64,000 nucleotides of DNA from an uncultured Candidatus Saccharibacteria bacterium. GTDB taxonomy: Bacteria; Patescibacteriota; Minisyncoccia; Phycocordibacterales; DATGWK01. The position numbers and the translations under genes are program-made. This document shows positions 20,139 to 30,500 of this stretch, in pieces; position 1 is the first letter of the stretch, and each line of letters opens with the position of its first letter. The stretch spans positions 138,990 through 202,989 of the forward strand of contig CAYRZH010000001.1 of assembly GCA_964428845.1 (NCBI GenBank). The letters run 5' to 3'. The notes beneath the pieces were generated by a model. The model had not been told where the DNA came from. It did not search any database and saw only the letters and a list, made by a program, of their open reading frames with translations.

Positions 20139-20687
20139 GTGGCTTATTACAATTCGCCATGTGAATCGGGAGAAAATGCCTTGGAAAACAACCCAATCGA
20201 TTGGTTTCTGGAAAGGAGTCGTTTTTTAAAGGGCTCGGTTGCTTTGGGGGTTTTGGTCTTTGTCGGCCTGATCATTTTCCGTGCTCTCTGGGTGACCTCT
20301 ATTGATAACTACGAATTGGGCTTTGTGTTCAACCGGTCAACCGGTAAGATTCAGACGATCGACCGAAAGGGGTGGGTCATCTATACGCCCATCAAGTACT
20401 CGGTCCACACGATCGACCTCAGGCCCTACCAGGTGTCTATTAGTGCGAACTCTCGAATCTTGAATGCCAAGCTCGTGCGCTTCAATCCCGACGGATTGGA
20501 TACATTTGTCGAGTGGCATGGTCGGGATGCGGGAGACCTAACGCCAAACCTTCTTGAGATATTGAAATCCTATGCATTTGCCACAGATGGGGGAAAGAAT
20601 TGCCCATTTCTTACTGTGGTGAGTGAGCTTAGTGGGCTTTCTTCAACACCCATGACAAATGTTGTGGAGAAAGAGAACAACAAGTGA
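20139..20687 (+). CDS. Short SPFH/band-7-like membrane protein
   Basis: TM followed by IDNYELGFVFNRSTG..GW..P..IDLRP; start uncertain. Confidence 0.6.
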   Translation: MAYYNSPCESGENALENNPIDWFLERSRFLKGSVALGVLVFVGLIIFRALWVTSIDNYELGFVFNRSTGKIQTIDRKGWVIYTPIKYSVHTIDLRPYQVSISANSRILNAKLVRFNPDGLDTFVEWHGRDAGDLTPNLLEILKSYAFATDGGKNCPFLTVVSELSGLSSTPMTNVVEKENNK

Positions 20688-21148
20688 AAGCTTTCAGGGC
20701 GCTTCTTCGGAACCGGTCGGTCCGACTGATCCTGGTCTTCTCGAGCTTGACCCTGATTCTCTACAAAAGCTTCATTGGTCACGTCGAGGTGGCCCATATC
20801 GGGGTAGCAAGAAACCTCTTTACGGGCGAGATCAAGGTTCAGCAACCAGGTTGGCATGTCACAGCGCCATGGGTATGGGTTCCGAAAATAGATACTCGGC
20901 CAATGCGAGTGTCTGTGGACTCGGCCGGCCATGGGTATAGTGCCAAACTGGTTCAGTTCGACCCTGATGCGGTGCAGGAGTTTGTAAGGACTGAGGGGTG
21001 GTACTTCTATTGGTGGGCCAACCGTTTTTCCTTCAACTTCGGCTACAAGGAAGAGCATCGAGGTATGAGGGATGTCCTTCGGGGGTATGCGTACGGAGCG
21101 AAAAAATACCCATTCATCAGAATATTGGAGGAGAATGTGGGTGAATAA
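20684..21148 (+). CDS. Short SPFH/band-7-like membrane protein, paralog of the upstream gene
   Basis: GTGA overlap; shares IDxRP..VS..AKLVxFxPD..FV..L..YA..PF. Confidence 0.65.
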   Translation: MKAFRALLRNRSVRLILVFSSLTLILYKSFIGHVEVAHIGVARNLFTGEIKVQQPGWHVTAPWVWVPKIDTRPMRVSVDSAGHGYSAKLVQFDPDAVQEFVRTEGWYFYWWANRFSFNFGYKEEHRGMRDVLRGYAYGAKKYPFIRILEENVGE

Positions 21149-21192
21149 GCTCATCACAACCCTCGACTCATCGTAATTATCCAGTCAGCAGG

Positions 21193-22482
21193 TCATACTT
21201 GCTGGCTGGTTTTATTTTTTAAAACCTTCTCCAACTCCTCGCGTACCACCCTCGCATCACTCCATGGAGTTTTTGTACCTTTCGGCCCCATGATATATGG
21301 GTCTGTACCTTTCCCAGAGATGAGTACGGCATCGCCAGCTTTAGCTAGGGAAACTGCCCGACCGATCGCCTCGCGCCTATCCATGATTATTTCACAATGT
21401 TTTTTTGTAATAGCGGCTCTCATTTCGTCCACGATTTTTTTCGGATCTTCGTCGTAGGGGTCCTCGTTTGTAAGAATGATGTGGTCACAGTAAGTATCGG
21501 CGATTTTTGCCATTTCTGGACGTTTCCACGTGTCGCGGCCGCCGCCAGTGTTTCCCAAAATGCATATTTTCCGCTGTGATGGAAACGCTTGGTAAAGTTT
21601 CTCGAGTGAGTCGGCAGTATGAGCGTAGTCGACGACCACAGTGAAATCTTGCCCGGCATCGATACGCTCGACGCGCCCCTTTATTTCGCCGAACTTTTCC
21701 ACCGCTCGCCGTATGGTGTCAGTGTCGATGCCGATAGTCGAAGCACAAGTGGCCGCGGCGAGAACATTGTATAGATTAAAAAGTCCAGTAAGAGGTGATT
21801 TCATTTTTTCGCCACGGAAAGTGAAAGTGAAGCCACCTTTAGGATTTTGGTGGGAGGTTTCGTCTTGAAAAATTTCATATGGTTTTGCATCGGCAAGTGA
21901 GTATTTGATCTTGTTTTCTACATCTAGTGCCAAAAATCTCCCGGCCTCTGCGTCATCCGCGTTTAAAAAAAGATATTTTTTAGGTTTATGTGAGGACTCG
22001 AGGGCACGAGCGATTGAAATTTTCATGTCTCGATACTTTTCATACGAGCCATGCGACTCTATATGCTCGGGAGAAAGATTGGTGAAGATGAGCGCATCAA
22101 GATCTATCCATTTATTTCTAAACTGTCTCGCGCCTTCGGACGTGATCTCGATCACAGCATGGGTACAGTCTGCGTTTACCGCCCGGCGCAGAAAATATTG
22201 CATAAAAAAACGCCCAGGCATCGACATTTTATATAGATTTGGGCGGGATTTGTCGCCAACCTTGAAGCGAATGGTGTTTGAGAGGGCGGTTTTGTATCCA
22301 GCCTCCTCAAGAATTGCATTTAAAATTTCTGTTGTGCTCGATTTACCTTTCGTGCCAGTGACACCGATGACAAATAGCGAACGAGAGGGAAGTCGATAAA
22401 TAATCGCTCCAAGCAAAGCCAGCTTGTAATGATAAATCCGAAAAACAAACTTCGGTATTAATTTTTTGATTCTGCGCAGCAT
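21193..22482 (-). CDS. murE: UDP-MurNAc-tripeptide synthetase MurE
   Basis: GVTGTKGKSST, TNLSPEH, VDYAHT, GGGRD..KRP, SGKG. Confidence 0.92.
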   Translation of the reverse strand: MLRRIKKLIPKFVFRIYHYKLALLGAIIYRLPSRSLFVIGVTGTKGKSSTTEILNAILEEAGYKTALSNTIRFKVGDKSRPNLYKMSMPGRFFMQYFLRRAVNADCTHAVIEITSEGARQFRNKWIDLDALIFTNLSPEHIESHGSYEKYRDMKISIARALESSHKPKKYLFLNADDAEAGRFLALDVENKIKYSLADAKPYEIFQDETSHQNPKGGFTFTFRGEKMKSPLTGLFNLYNVLAAATCASTIGIDTDTIRRAVEKFGEIKGRVERIDAGQDFTVVVDYAHTADSLEKLYQAFPSQRKICILGNTGGGRDTWKRPEMAKIADTYCDHIILTNEDPYDEDPKKIVDEMRAAITKKHCEIIMDRREAIGRAVSLAKAGDAVLISGKGTDPYIMGPKGTKTPWSDARVVREELEKVLKNKTSQQV

Positions 22483-22518
22483 AATCTCAATAAGGTGTAT
22501 TCTTCCTTTTCAATCTTT

Positions 22519-23130
22519 TTATTTACTACCACTCAAAATTTTCAAGGCTTGTTTCACTTTTTCTCCAGCACTAAGCTCTCCCTCCCCACTTCCGTGTTGA
22601 CCAACTTTTCCATCACCTTTTGGCAATTTTTTCAAAGCCTCACGTGCCTCTCGCTCGGCGTATCCAAGAGATTTTAGTGCTTCGAGCGCATCAGCTTCGC
22701 CTCTCAAAGGACTTCCGGCCTCATGTTCTACTGTCTCAAATTTATCACGAAGTTCCAAAATTATTTTCTCCGCAATTTTTCTTCCGATGCCATGGACTTT
22801 TGTAAGATAAGAGACGTCACCTGTCGAAATGGCTTGCTGTAGAGTTTTTACTCCAGCCACATTTAAAACGCCAAGAGCAATTTTTGGACCGATCCCAGAG
22901 ATAGCAATGAGAAGTTCAAAAAAATTTAGAGACTCTTTTTCTTTAAAGCCATATAGATCGAGGACATCTTCGCGCACGACAAGGTGTGTCCAGAGACCGA
23001 CAGAGGAGTCAATCTTTAGCTCATTGAGTACCGTTTCGGTGCTCGAAACTTTGTAACCGACACCGTTCACGTCAAGAATGAGGAAACGATTCTCCTTGTA
23101 GCGCACCTTACCCTCGAGAAAAGAAATCAT
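22519..23130 (-). CDS. ruvA: Holliday junction DNA-binding protein RuvA
   Basis: MISFLEG, VNGVGY, REDVLDLYGF, ISGIGPK, ALKSLGY. Confidence 0.97.
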   Translation of the reverse strand: MISFLEGKVRYKENRFLILDVNGVGYKVSSTETVLNELKIDSSVGLWTHLVVREDVLDLYGFKEKESLNFFELLIAISGIGPKIALGVLNVAGVKTLQQAISTGDVSYLTKVHGIGRKIAEKIILELRDKFETVEHEAGSPLRGEADALEALKSLGYAEREAREALKKLPKGDGKVGQHGSGEGELSAGEKVKQALKILSGSK

Positions 23131-23192
23131 TTCTGCATCATAGCAAAATTTGCCCACCCTTGCGATATATGTTAGGATTCCTCAATCAAAAT

Positions 23193-23453
23193 ATGCCGAT
23201 AACAGATTCCGCCAAAAAAGCCGTTAGAAATTCAGCGCGCAAGCGCAACTTTAATCTCGTGAGAAAAACCACCATGGTTTCTCTTGTAAAGAAGATAAAA
23301 AAGATTGCAAAAGAAGGGAAAATAGAGGAAGCCAAGAAGCTTTTTCCTGAAGTCCAACAGGCAATAGACAAAGCAGTCAAAACTCATTTGATAGACGCGA
23401 ACACCGGAGCGAGAAAGAAATCTAGAATCGCTAAACTTTTTAAGAAAGCGTAG
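23193..23453 (+). CDS. rpsT: 30S ribosomal protein S20
   Basis: MPITDSAKKAVR, IDKAVK, NTGARKKSR. Confidence 0.95.
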   Translation: MPITDSAKKAVRNSARKRNFNLVRKTTMVSLVKKIKKIAKEGKIEEAKKLFPEVQQAIDKAVKTHLIDANTGARKKSRIAKLFKKA

Positions 23454-23536
23454 GGAGTAGGCACATCCAGAGATTTTCTGACACTACAGGTTAACAAAAA
23501 ACCCACAAGATCGTGGGCGTGTAAAAACTGAACTTT

Positions 23537-23809
23537 TCATCCTTCGGCAGAAGCTGACTGCGGGGTCGACTGGGGTGTGGTTTCAGGTTTGCCGACCTTG
23601 AAAGGCAGAACGACCTCCTTTTCTGGCTTGAAGGGCTTGGAGGCACTCATGATCATGACCTTTTTGCCAGCTGCGGCGGCCTCACAGTGGACGGCAAAGA
23701 TAGAAATCGCCACCCTGATCACCTCGGCGACAGAGGTCCCACTTATTGTCGCCAATCTTTTGACCTCTGCCCACATCGTGTTCGTAAACTCAACTCTGGA
23801 AGATTCCAT
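23537..23809 (-). CDS. Ribbon-helix-helix-like small protein
   Basis: SRVEF..VKRLA..GTSVAEVIRVAI pattern; AGGAGG SD. Confidence 0.65.
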   Translation of the reverse strand: MESSRVEFTNTMWAEVKRLATISGTSVAEVIRVAISIFAVHCEAAAAGKKVMIMSASKPFKPEKEVVLPFKVGKPETTPQSTPQSASAEG

Positions 23810-24013
23810 CCTGGCCTCCTTTGGTGGTGGTTTTAGGACGAAGAATTGACCCGCATAACTATAACACGTTGGAGATATAAATCAAGTATTTGGCAGGCAG
23901 AGTCTGGTAATAAATGGGGGCGGGGGATGATTGTCTATGGTATTAATATTTGGGGAAAGACACTGCACACAGTACAAAATTTGTGGTTTTGCTCTTGCTA
24001 TAATTAGATCAAC

Positions 24014-25765
24014 ATGAAAAAACTCATTGTCCTTCTTTTGTTTTTTTGTTTCTCCGCAGTCCCTGCTATGGCGCAGGATGTTGGTCAAGATGAGCGTATC
24101 GATAGCTACCAAGTTTTGATCAGGGCAAACGCAGACGCGTCAGTCGATGTCAGAGAGACGATTCTCTATAATTTCGGCTCAAACGAACGGCATGGTATTT
24201 ACCGAGATATCCCCATTATTTACAAAACAAAATCGGGAAGAAAAGTAAAACTAGATCTTGAAAACATCATCGTTACAGACGGGTTTAATAATCCATACAT
24301 TTTTAGCACACGGGAGATCTCAAATAACAAACAAATCAAAATCGGAGACCCAAACTCTTATATAACAGGCCTTCATACCTACGTCATATCATATCGAGTC
24401 CCCGACGCCGTTGGTTTTTTCGATGATTTCGATGAAATATATTGGAATGCCGTAGGTACAAAATGGGAAGTGCCGATCTATAACGCGGATGTGACGGTCG
24501 AAGTTCCAGGGGATATGGTTACTCAATATGCCTGCTATGCGGGAGCGTCAGGATCGAACCAAAAATGTGACTCTGCCGCCGAACTCGGCGTTTCGAACTC
24601 CGGTCTCACTTCTTCAGTTAGGTTTTGGCAGGCGACCCTTGGTAGTCGCGAGGGATTCACGGTTGCTGTTGGGTTTCCAAAGGGTCTCGTCGTCGAGCCA
24701 CCAGCGAGCTCTAGAATTTTTAAGTCTGTGGTAAACAATTGGTGGTTCATTATCCCGATTATAGTTTTTGTATTGATGTACCGCCGGTGGAAGAAATATG
24801 GGAAGGATCCGAAGGGTACCGGCGTTATCGTGACCCAATACGGCCCTCCCGAGGATTTGTCGCCAATGCAGATCGCCTTCATACTAAAGCACTCTTTTGG
24901 TCTAGGAGCTTCTCTTTCAGCCGAGATTGTCTATCTTGCCACGCATGGTTTTTTGAAAATCTCCAAAACAACAAGAAAGGTAATTTTTGCCCCGGTAAAT
25001 GATTATGAATTAGAAAAACTAAAGGAGGCTGATGAGACACTAAAACCATTCCAGGCAAGACTACTGGGGGGACTCTTCTCGTCTCTTGGAACAATGGAAA
25101 ATAAGATAAAGATTTCAGATTTGAGACGTCACTTCCATGTCATCGCAAGAAAAATCGAGGAAGATTGCGAACTCTCGCTTATAAATGGAGGTTATTTTCC
25201 AGACACAAAGGACCACAGAATCTCGGGGCCATTAAGGTCAAAAATGGTAATAATTAGTTTCTCGATATTTTTAAATTTCTTAGTTGGTATGTTTGTTGGA
25301 ATACTTGCGGGAGCTCAGGCCTTTTTTGCACTCACCCTCTCCATTATTATTTGGACCGTGTTTAGAATCATAATGCCCCGAATGACAGAGAAAGGGGTTC
25401 TTACGAAAGAATATATAAAGGGTTTCAAGACCTATCTTTCAGTAGCAGAAAAGGACCGTTTGGCATTTCACAATGCCCCAGAAAGAAACCCAGAACAATT
25501 TGAAAAAATGCTACCGTACGCCATCGCCCTTGGTGTAGAAAGAGAATGGGCCAAAGTCTTCGAGGGCATAAATATTCCTCCACCGACATGGTACAGTGAT
25601 CCTAGCATCACGAGCTTTAATGCTGGAGCATTTGCCACCAGCGTATTGTCCTTTGCTGCGGCTGGTGGGGCTTCGCTATCTTCGTCCCCAGGCTCATCGA
25701 GTGGTTCTGGTGGTGGCGGATCATCTGGAGGTGGTGGAGGAGGTGGGGGAGGAGGGAGTTGGTAA
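24014..25765 (+). CDS. DUF2207-family membrane protein
   Basis: HGIYRDIP, EIYWNAVG..W, LPYAIALGV, Gly/Ser tail ending GGGGSW. Confidence 0.92.
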   Translation: MKKLIVLLLFFCFSAVPAMAQDVGQDERIDSYQVLIRANADASVDVRETILYNFGSNERHGIYRDIPIIYKTKSGRKVKLDLENIIVTDGFNNPYIFSTREISNNKQIKIGDPNSYITGLHTYVISYRVPDAVGFFDDFDEIYWNAVGTKWEVPIYNADVTVEVPGDMVTQYACYAGASGSNQKCDSAAELGVSNSGLTSSVRFWQATLGSREGFTVAVGFPKGLVVEPPASSRIFKSVVNNWWFIIPIIVFVLMYRRWKKYGKDPKGTGVIVTQYGPPEDLSPMQIAFILKHSFGLGASLSAEIVYLATHGFLKISKTTRKVIFAPVNDYELEKLKEADETLKPFQARLLGGLFSSLGTMENKIKISDLRRHFHVIARKIEEDCELSLINGGYFPDTKDHRISGPLRSKMVIISFSIFLNFLVGMFVGILAGAQAFFALTLSIIIWTVFRIIMPRMTEKGVLTKEYIKGFKTYLSVAEKDRLAFHNAPERNPEQFEKMLPYAIALGVEREWAKVFEGINIPPPTWYSDPSITSFNAGAFATSVLSFAAAGGASLSSSPGSSSGSGGGGSSGGGGGGGGGGSW

Positions 25766-25778
25766 TATCGTTATACTC

Positions 25779-25818
25779 GCGCGTCCTCTCGGGCATAGCT
25801 TCCGCTACGCTCCAGCTA
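25779..25818 (-). repeat. tRNA-Arg(GCG) 3' trailer motif
   Basis: GGGCATAGCT/AGCTATGCCC stem with loop containing AGCGTAGCG, then GAGGAC complementary to the tRNA 5' GTCCTC. Confidence 0.8.
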
Positions 25819-25890
25819 TGCCCTCGGCAGGAATCGAACCTGCATCACGAGTTCCGCAAACTCGCATTCTATCCATTGAACTACGAGGAC
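25819..25890 (-). tRNA. tRNA-Arg(GCG)
   Basis: GTCCTCG/CGAGGGC acceptor, CGAGT-TTGCGGA-ACTCG anticodon arm, T-loop TTCGATT; CCA not encoded. Confidence 0.95.
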
Positions 25891-25909
25891 GATTCCGACC
25901 AGACTATCA

Positions 25910-26368
25910 TTAAAACCCCAAATATTCCATGGTCATCTGGATCAGCGGCTCGCTCTGCTCTTGTTCTGGAAGATGTTCGCGTAGAAAGTTTCTAATTTCC
26001 TCTGGACTTTCTTCTTCAGTTGCAATGACAATGTGTCCGACAAAAAGTTTCTTAGATCTCAAAAGTATTTTCGGGTAAGCATGAGTTTCCTCTACCCAGA
26101 AGGATTCTAGATTTTCGTAAGGGTAGAAAATTTTCCCGACCCTCACTCCTGCTTCGTTTATCTCAACTTCCATAACAGAAGGTTTTTTTGCTGCATAAAT
26201 CAAAAGAGAAAACGCGGCGAGAATGATGAGCACTCCGAGAAGCACATTGCCCAAAATAACTGCGGTCGCCGCAGCAGATACAGAGATTATTCCTACAGCC
26301 CAAAACCAGTCGGCGCCTTTCTCGCGATGATAATATTCTCTAGCCTCCCATCTGATAGGTGATTTCAC
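25910..26368 (-). CDS. CPR-type membrane protein with PH-like domain (DUF5673-like)
   Basis: WEAREY..DWFW, two TMs, GVRVG..YPY..ESFW. Confidence 0.75.
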   Translation of the reverse strand: MKSPIRWEAREYYHREKGADWFWAVGIISVSAAATAVILGNVLLGVLIILAAFSLLIYAAKKPSVMEVEINEAGVRVGKIFYPYENLESFWVEETHAYPKILLRSKKLFVGHIVIATEEESPEEIRNFLREHLPEQEQSEPLIQMTMEYLGF

Positions 26369-26400
26369 GATAATATTGTAACATGGTGATCATATAGAAT

Positions 26401-27450
26401 ATGAACAACAGAAAGTCCCAACTGTTCTTTCTCCTGGCGCTCATCTTGGGAACCCTCGTTCTCTCATTTTTCATATTTAAACCCTTCATATACGCCGTGG
26501 TTTTAGCCCTCGTCTTTGCCGTTGTCTTTTCTCCGATCTACAAAAGAATACTGGCGGCAACCGGTGGACTCAAAGGTCTCTCGGCACTCTTGAGTACCAT
26601 ACTCATCCTTGCCATCATTCTCATTCCACTTGTTTTCCTGGGTGCCCAAATATTTGAGGAGTCCCGACAGCTATATTTCTCCGTTACCGCTCAAGGCGAA
26701 GATGGGGGCACGGTCAGCAATATTTCTGCTTATCTGGGCGATTTTGACAAATTTCTCCCAGCCTCTATTTCCAGTGAATTTTCTCTTGACCTTGAACAGT
26801 ACATGAGGCGCGGCTTGGAATGGATTCTTGGTCACTTGAGTTCTGTCTTTTCCAACATCGCAAAAGTGATTGTCGGCTTTTTCATATTCCTACTCTCGCT
26901 CTACTATCTGCTCAAAGACGGAACCAAACTAAAAAAAGCTGTTATCTATCTAAGTCCACTGCGCGATATCAACGACGAAATGATATTCAAGCGTCTCGAG
27001 GTAGCTATAAATTCGGTCATTAAGGGAAGTGTCATCATTGCAGTCATCCAGGGAGCGCTCACATCCGTTGGCTTTATGATATTTGGTGTTCCAAACGCGG
27101 TACTCTGGGGTTCTCTCGCTGCCGTAACCGCCCTTATCCCAGGCATAGGAACCTCTTTGGTTTTGATCCCAGCCATTATTTTCCTTTTTATCAACGGTGC
27201 GACTTTGTCGGCGGTCGGGTTGTTGGTCTGGGGAGTGCTTGCGGTCGGACTTGTCGACAACTTTCTTGGGCCAAAGCTTATCGGCCGCGGGGTGGAGCTC
27301 CACCCATTTCTCATTCTGACATTTGCTCTTGGTGGTATTACTCTATGGGGTCCTGTCGGGTTCCTTCTAGGTCCATTTGTCTTGAGCCTTCTTTTTACAC
27401 TTTTCGATATATATATGTCGCTCGCCAAGGAGAGGGAAAGACCGATTTAA
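26401..27450 (+). CDS. AI-2E family transporter
   Basis: Multi-TM; IPGIGT, DNFLGPKLIG, GG..GFLLGP. Confidence 0.92.
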   Translation: MNNRKSQLFFLLALILGTLVLSFFIFKPFIYAVVLALVFAVVFSPIYKRILAATGGLKGLSALLSTILILAIILIPLVFLGAQIFEESRQLYFSVTAQGEDGGTVSNISAYLGDFDKFLPASISSEFSLDLEQYMRRGLEWILGHLSSVFSNIAKVIVGFFIFLLSLYYLLKDGTKLKKAVIYLSPLRDINDEMIFKRLEVAINSVIKGSVIIAVIQGALTSVGFMIFGVPNAVLWGSLAAVTALIPGIGTSLVLIPAIIFLFINGATLSAVGLLVWGVLAVGLVDNFLGPKLIGRGVELHPFLILTFALGGITLWGPVGFLLGPFVLSLLFTLFDIYMSLAKERERPI

Positions 27451-27557
27451 TTTTCTTGCAATTGGTGAGTTTCTGGGTAGTATTTTGTCAGAGCACCTAC
27501 GTTGGTGCCTTGTTTTTTGTAAACACAAACGTCTAACGACGAAAGGGAAAAGAAGCC

Positions 27558-30500
27558 ATGATCCAGGCTCTGTACCGCAGGATCAATAGTGGCCTGGAGT
27601 TTGGTTTCTATGTTGAAACCACAGGCCCACTATCAGATCAAGAGTTAGCCAAACTACACTGGCTGGTCGCAGAAACATTCGAACCCGATAGCACGAGGTT
27701 CGAACCTCATTTCGCAGCGGGAGATGTTGTTGAAATCGGATCCAGGCTATCCATTGAAACCCCGTTCTCGTCGAATGCAGTAGCTATCTGTCGGGCGATA
27801 GGACTCGCGTCAGTTACGCGTCTCGAGCGTACACGTCGATATCTTGTTGGCGACAGTACACCATCTGACATTTTCAGAAAACACCTTGATCGGATGACGG
27901 AACAACACTACCCAGATGGGATTAAGAGTTTTGACACTGGCGTTGTGCCCGATGATGTCAAAATCGTGGATCTCAATGGCGGTGGGGAAGATGCCCTTCG
28001 TGAAGTCAACAAGACTCTCGGTCTTGGTATGGACGAATGGGACATTGGCTACTACCACAATCTTTTTGTTCGAGTTCTTCACAGGAATCCGAGTGATGTC
28101 GAACTCCTCCAGCTTGGGAATGCCAACAGCGAGCACAGCAGGCACTGGTTCTTCAAGGGCCATCTCGTCATTGATGGGACGCCTATAGGGAACACTCTGC
28201 TTGATATTGTCCAACGCCCGCTTCAAATGCTGGGAGATGACAATGGCAGTCTCGTGGCTTTCAGGGATAATGCCGGAGTAATCAGAGGATTCACAACAAA
28301 TGCAATCCTCCCCGTTGCTCCGGGACGAGTTTCAGAACTCGGAGTATACGCGGTAACTATTCACAGCACCTGCACGGCAGAAACCCACAATCATCCAACA
28401 TCTGTTGCACCTTTCCCCGGTGCCCAAACGGGCAGTGGGGGGCGGATACGTGACAACAGTGCGGTTGGGCGTGGAGGAGTTACCGGTTTTGGGATAGCGG
28501 GATATTTTGTCGGGAACCTCTTTATTCCTGATTATGAGATACCGGGTGAGGTTGTCGGCAGAAATAGGCCGTCGAAGTACGCTTCACCACTAGACATTCT
28601 CATCGGTGGCAGTAACGGCATATCGACCTATGGCAATGAATTTGGCGAACCGCTGACTATGGGCTTCACACGAAGCTTCGGGCAGATTGTCGGAGATGAA
28701 TGGAGGGAGCCAAGGAAGCCAGTTCTCTACAGCGCTGGTGTTGGTCACTTGTTTGAAGAGAACCTGTCGAAAGAAGAACCAGAAATAGGGATGCTCATCG
28801 TGCGAATCGGCGGCCCAGCTTACCCTATCGGGGTTGGCGGAGGGAGTGCCTCGAGCATGATGCAGGGCCAGAATTCTGAACAGCTTGATTTTAATTCCGT
28901 CCAGCGGGGTAATCCCGAGATGGAAAATCGAGCCAATCGTGTCATTCGGGCCTGTGTTGAGATGGGAGAAGATAATCCTATTTCAAGCATCCATGACCAA
29001 GGTGCCGGTGGACCAAGCAATGTTCTGACAGAGCTTATGGCACCGGAAGGCGGTCCTGTCGATATTCGAAAGATCACCCTCGGTGATAAGACAATGTCAG
29101 TCCTTCAGATCTGGAGCGCTGAATTTCAGGAAGGGTACGGACTTCTGGTCCGGCCTGACGGAATCGAAGCTTTCCAGTCAATCTGTCGGCGTGAACGGGT
29201 GAACTGCGAAGTCCTTGGAAAAATCACTGGAAACGAAAGTGTTGTCGTTTGGGACTCTACGAACGGTCAGATACTCGTCGATCTCAAGCTAGATCATATT
29301 CTTACTGGGATGCCCCAGAAGAAGTTTGAGTCTTCTAGCAGATCACAGATCTTCAGTCCCCTGGTTCTGCCAGATATGACTGTGGGTCAGGCAATCGAAA
29401 AAGTTTTCAGACTTCCTAGCGTTGGTTCGAAGGCATTCCTAGTTCACAAGGTCGATCGACATGTCACGGGTTTGGTTGCCCAGCAACAATGTTGCGGCAT
29501 TGCCCAGATTCCGATCGCCGATGTGAGCGTAGGAGCACAGAGCCATTTTGGCCTGACGGGAAGTGCTGCGGCAATAGGTGAACAGCCGATCAAAATGCTC
29601 ATAGATCCGATGGTTGGAGCACGCATGGCCGTAGCAGAAATGCTTACGAACATGGCTTCAGTCAGAGTGAGCGGCATCGGAAGAATCCGCTGTCGCGCCA
29701 ACTGGATGTGGCCCGCGAAGATGCCTCACGAAGGAGCTCTCCTTCACTCTGCCGCGACTGCCATGTCCGATCTCATGGTCGAACTTGGTATCGCGGTGGA
29801 TGGTGGCAAGGACAGTCTTTCGATGGTGGCAACTGTTCCGGGGGGATCGGGAAAGCCAGGAGAGCTTGTAAAGTCTCCTGGAAGTCTCGTAATTCTCGGA
29901 TATGCGCCTGTGCCAGATATTACGAAGAAGGTTACACCGGATATCAAGAAACCCGGTGCGAGCCTGCTCGTGTTGATCGACCTAGGTCAAGGTAAAAACC
30001 GTCTTGGCGGTTCGGCTCTGGCTCAAGCACACAACCAACTTGGAAATGAGTCACCTGATGTCGATGATCCGAGACTGCTTAGGAACGCGTTTCTCGCAGT
30101 CCAAAAGATGATCGACAAAGGACTTCTTCTCGCTCTACACGATCGAAGCGATGGTGGCCTCATAACCACGGTCGCCGAGATGTGCATGGCAAGCCGATGT
30201 GGTTTTGATCTCGAAGTCAAGAATGCCCAAGGAGCCTTGGCCCAACTTTTCTCTGAAGAGCTTGGCTTTGTGATCGAGGTGGGGGTCGAAAACGCAAATC
30301 AGGTCCAAGAGATCTGTGATTCGTTTGGAATTCCATTCTCGATCATCGGGATGACCACCCCGAGAAGTCGTTGTCGTGTTTGTGTTGGATCCGAAGTTCT
30401 TTGGAGATCGACGATCTACAAACTTCGCACTCTCTGGGAAGCGACAAGCACCAGGATTGAGGCGCTACAGATGAACCCCGAGTGTGCTGGGGAAGAGTCT

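Noticed and set aside
25680-25765. GGT/GGA-rich low-complexity repeat
   Set aside because: Encodes the usual Gly/Ser tail of DUF2207 proteins
27451-27557. Purine or ZTP riboswitch before purL (and SAM riboswitch before cfa at ~31505-31552)
   Set aside because: Only small hairpins; no recognisable aptamer consensus by eye. An Rfam scan would settle it
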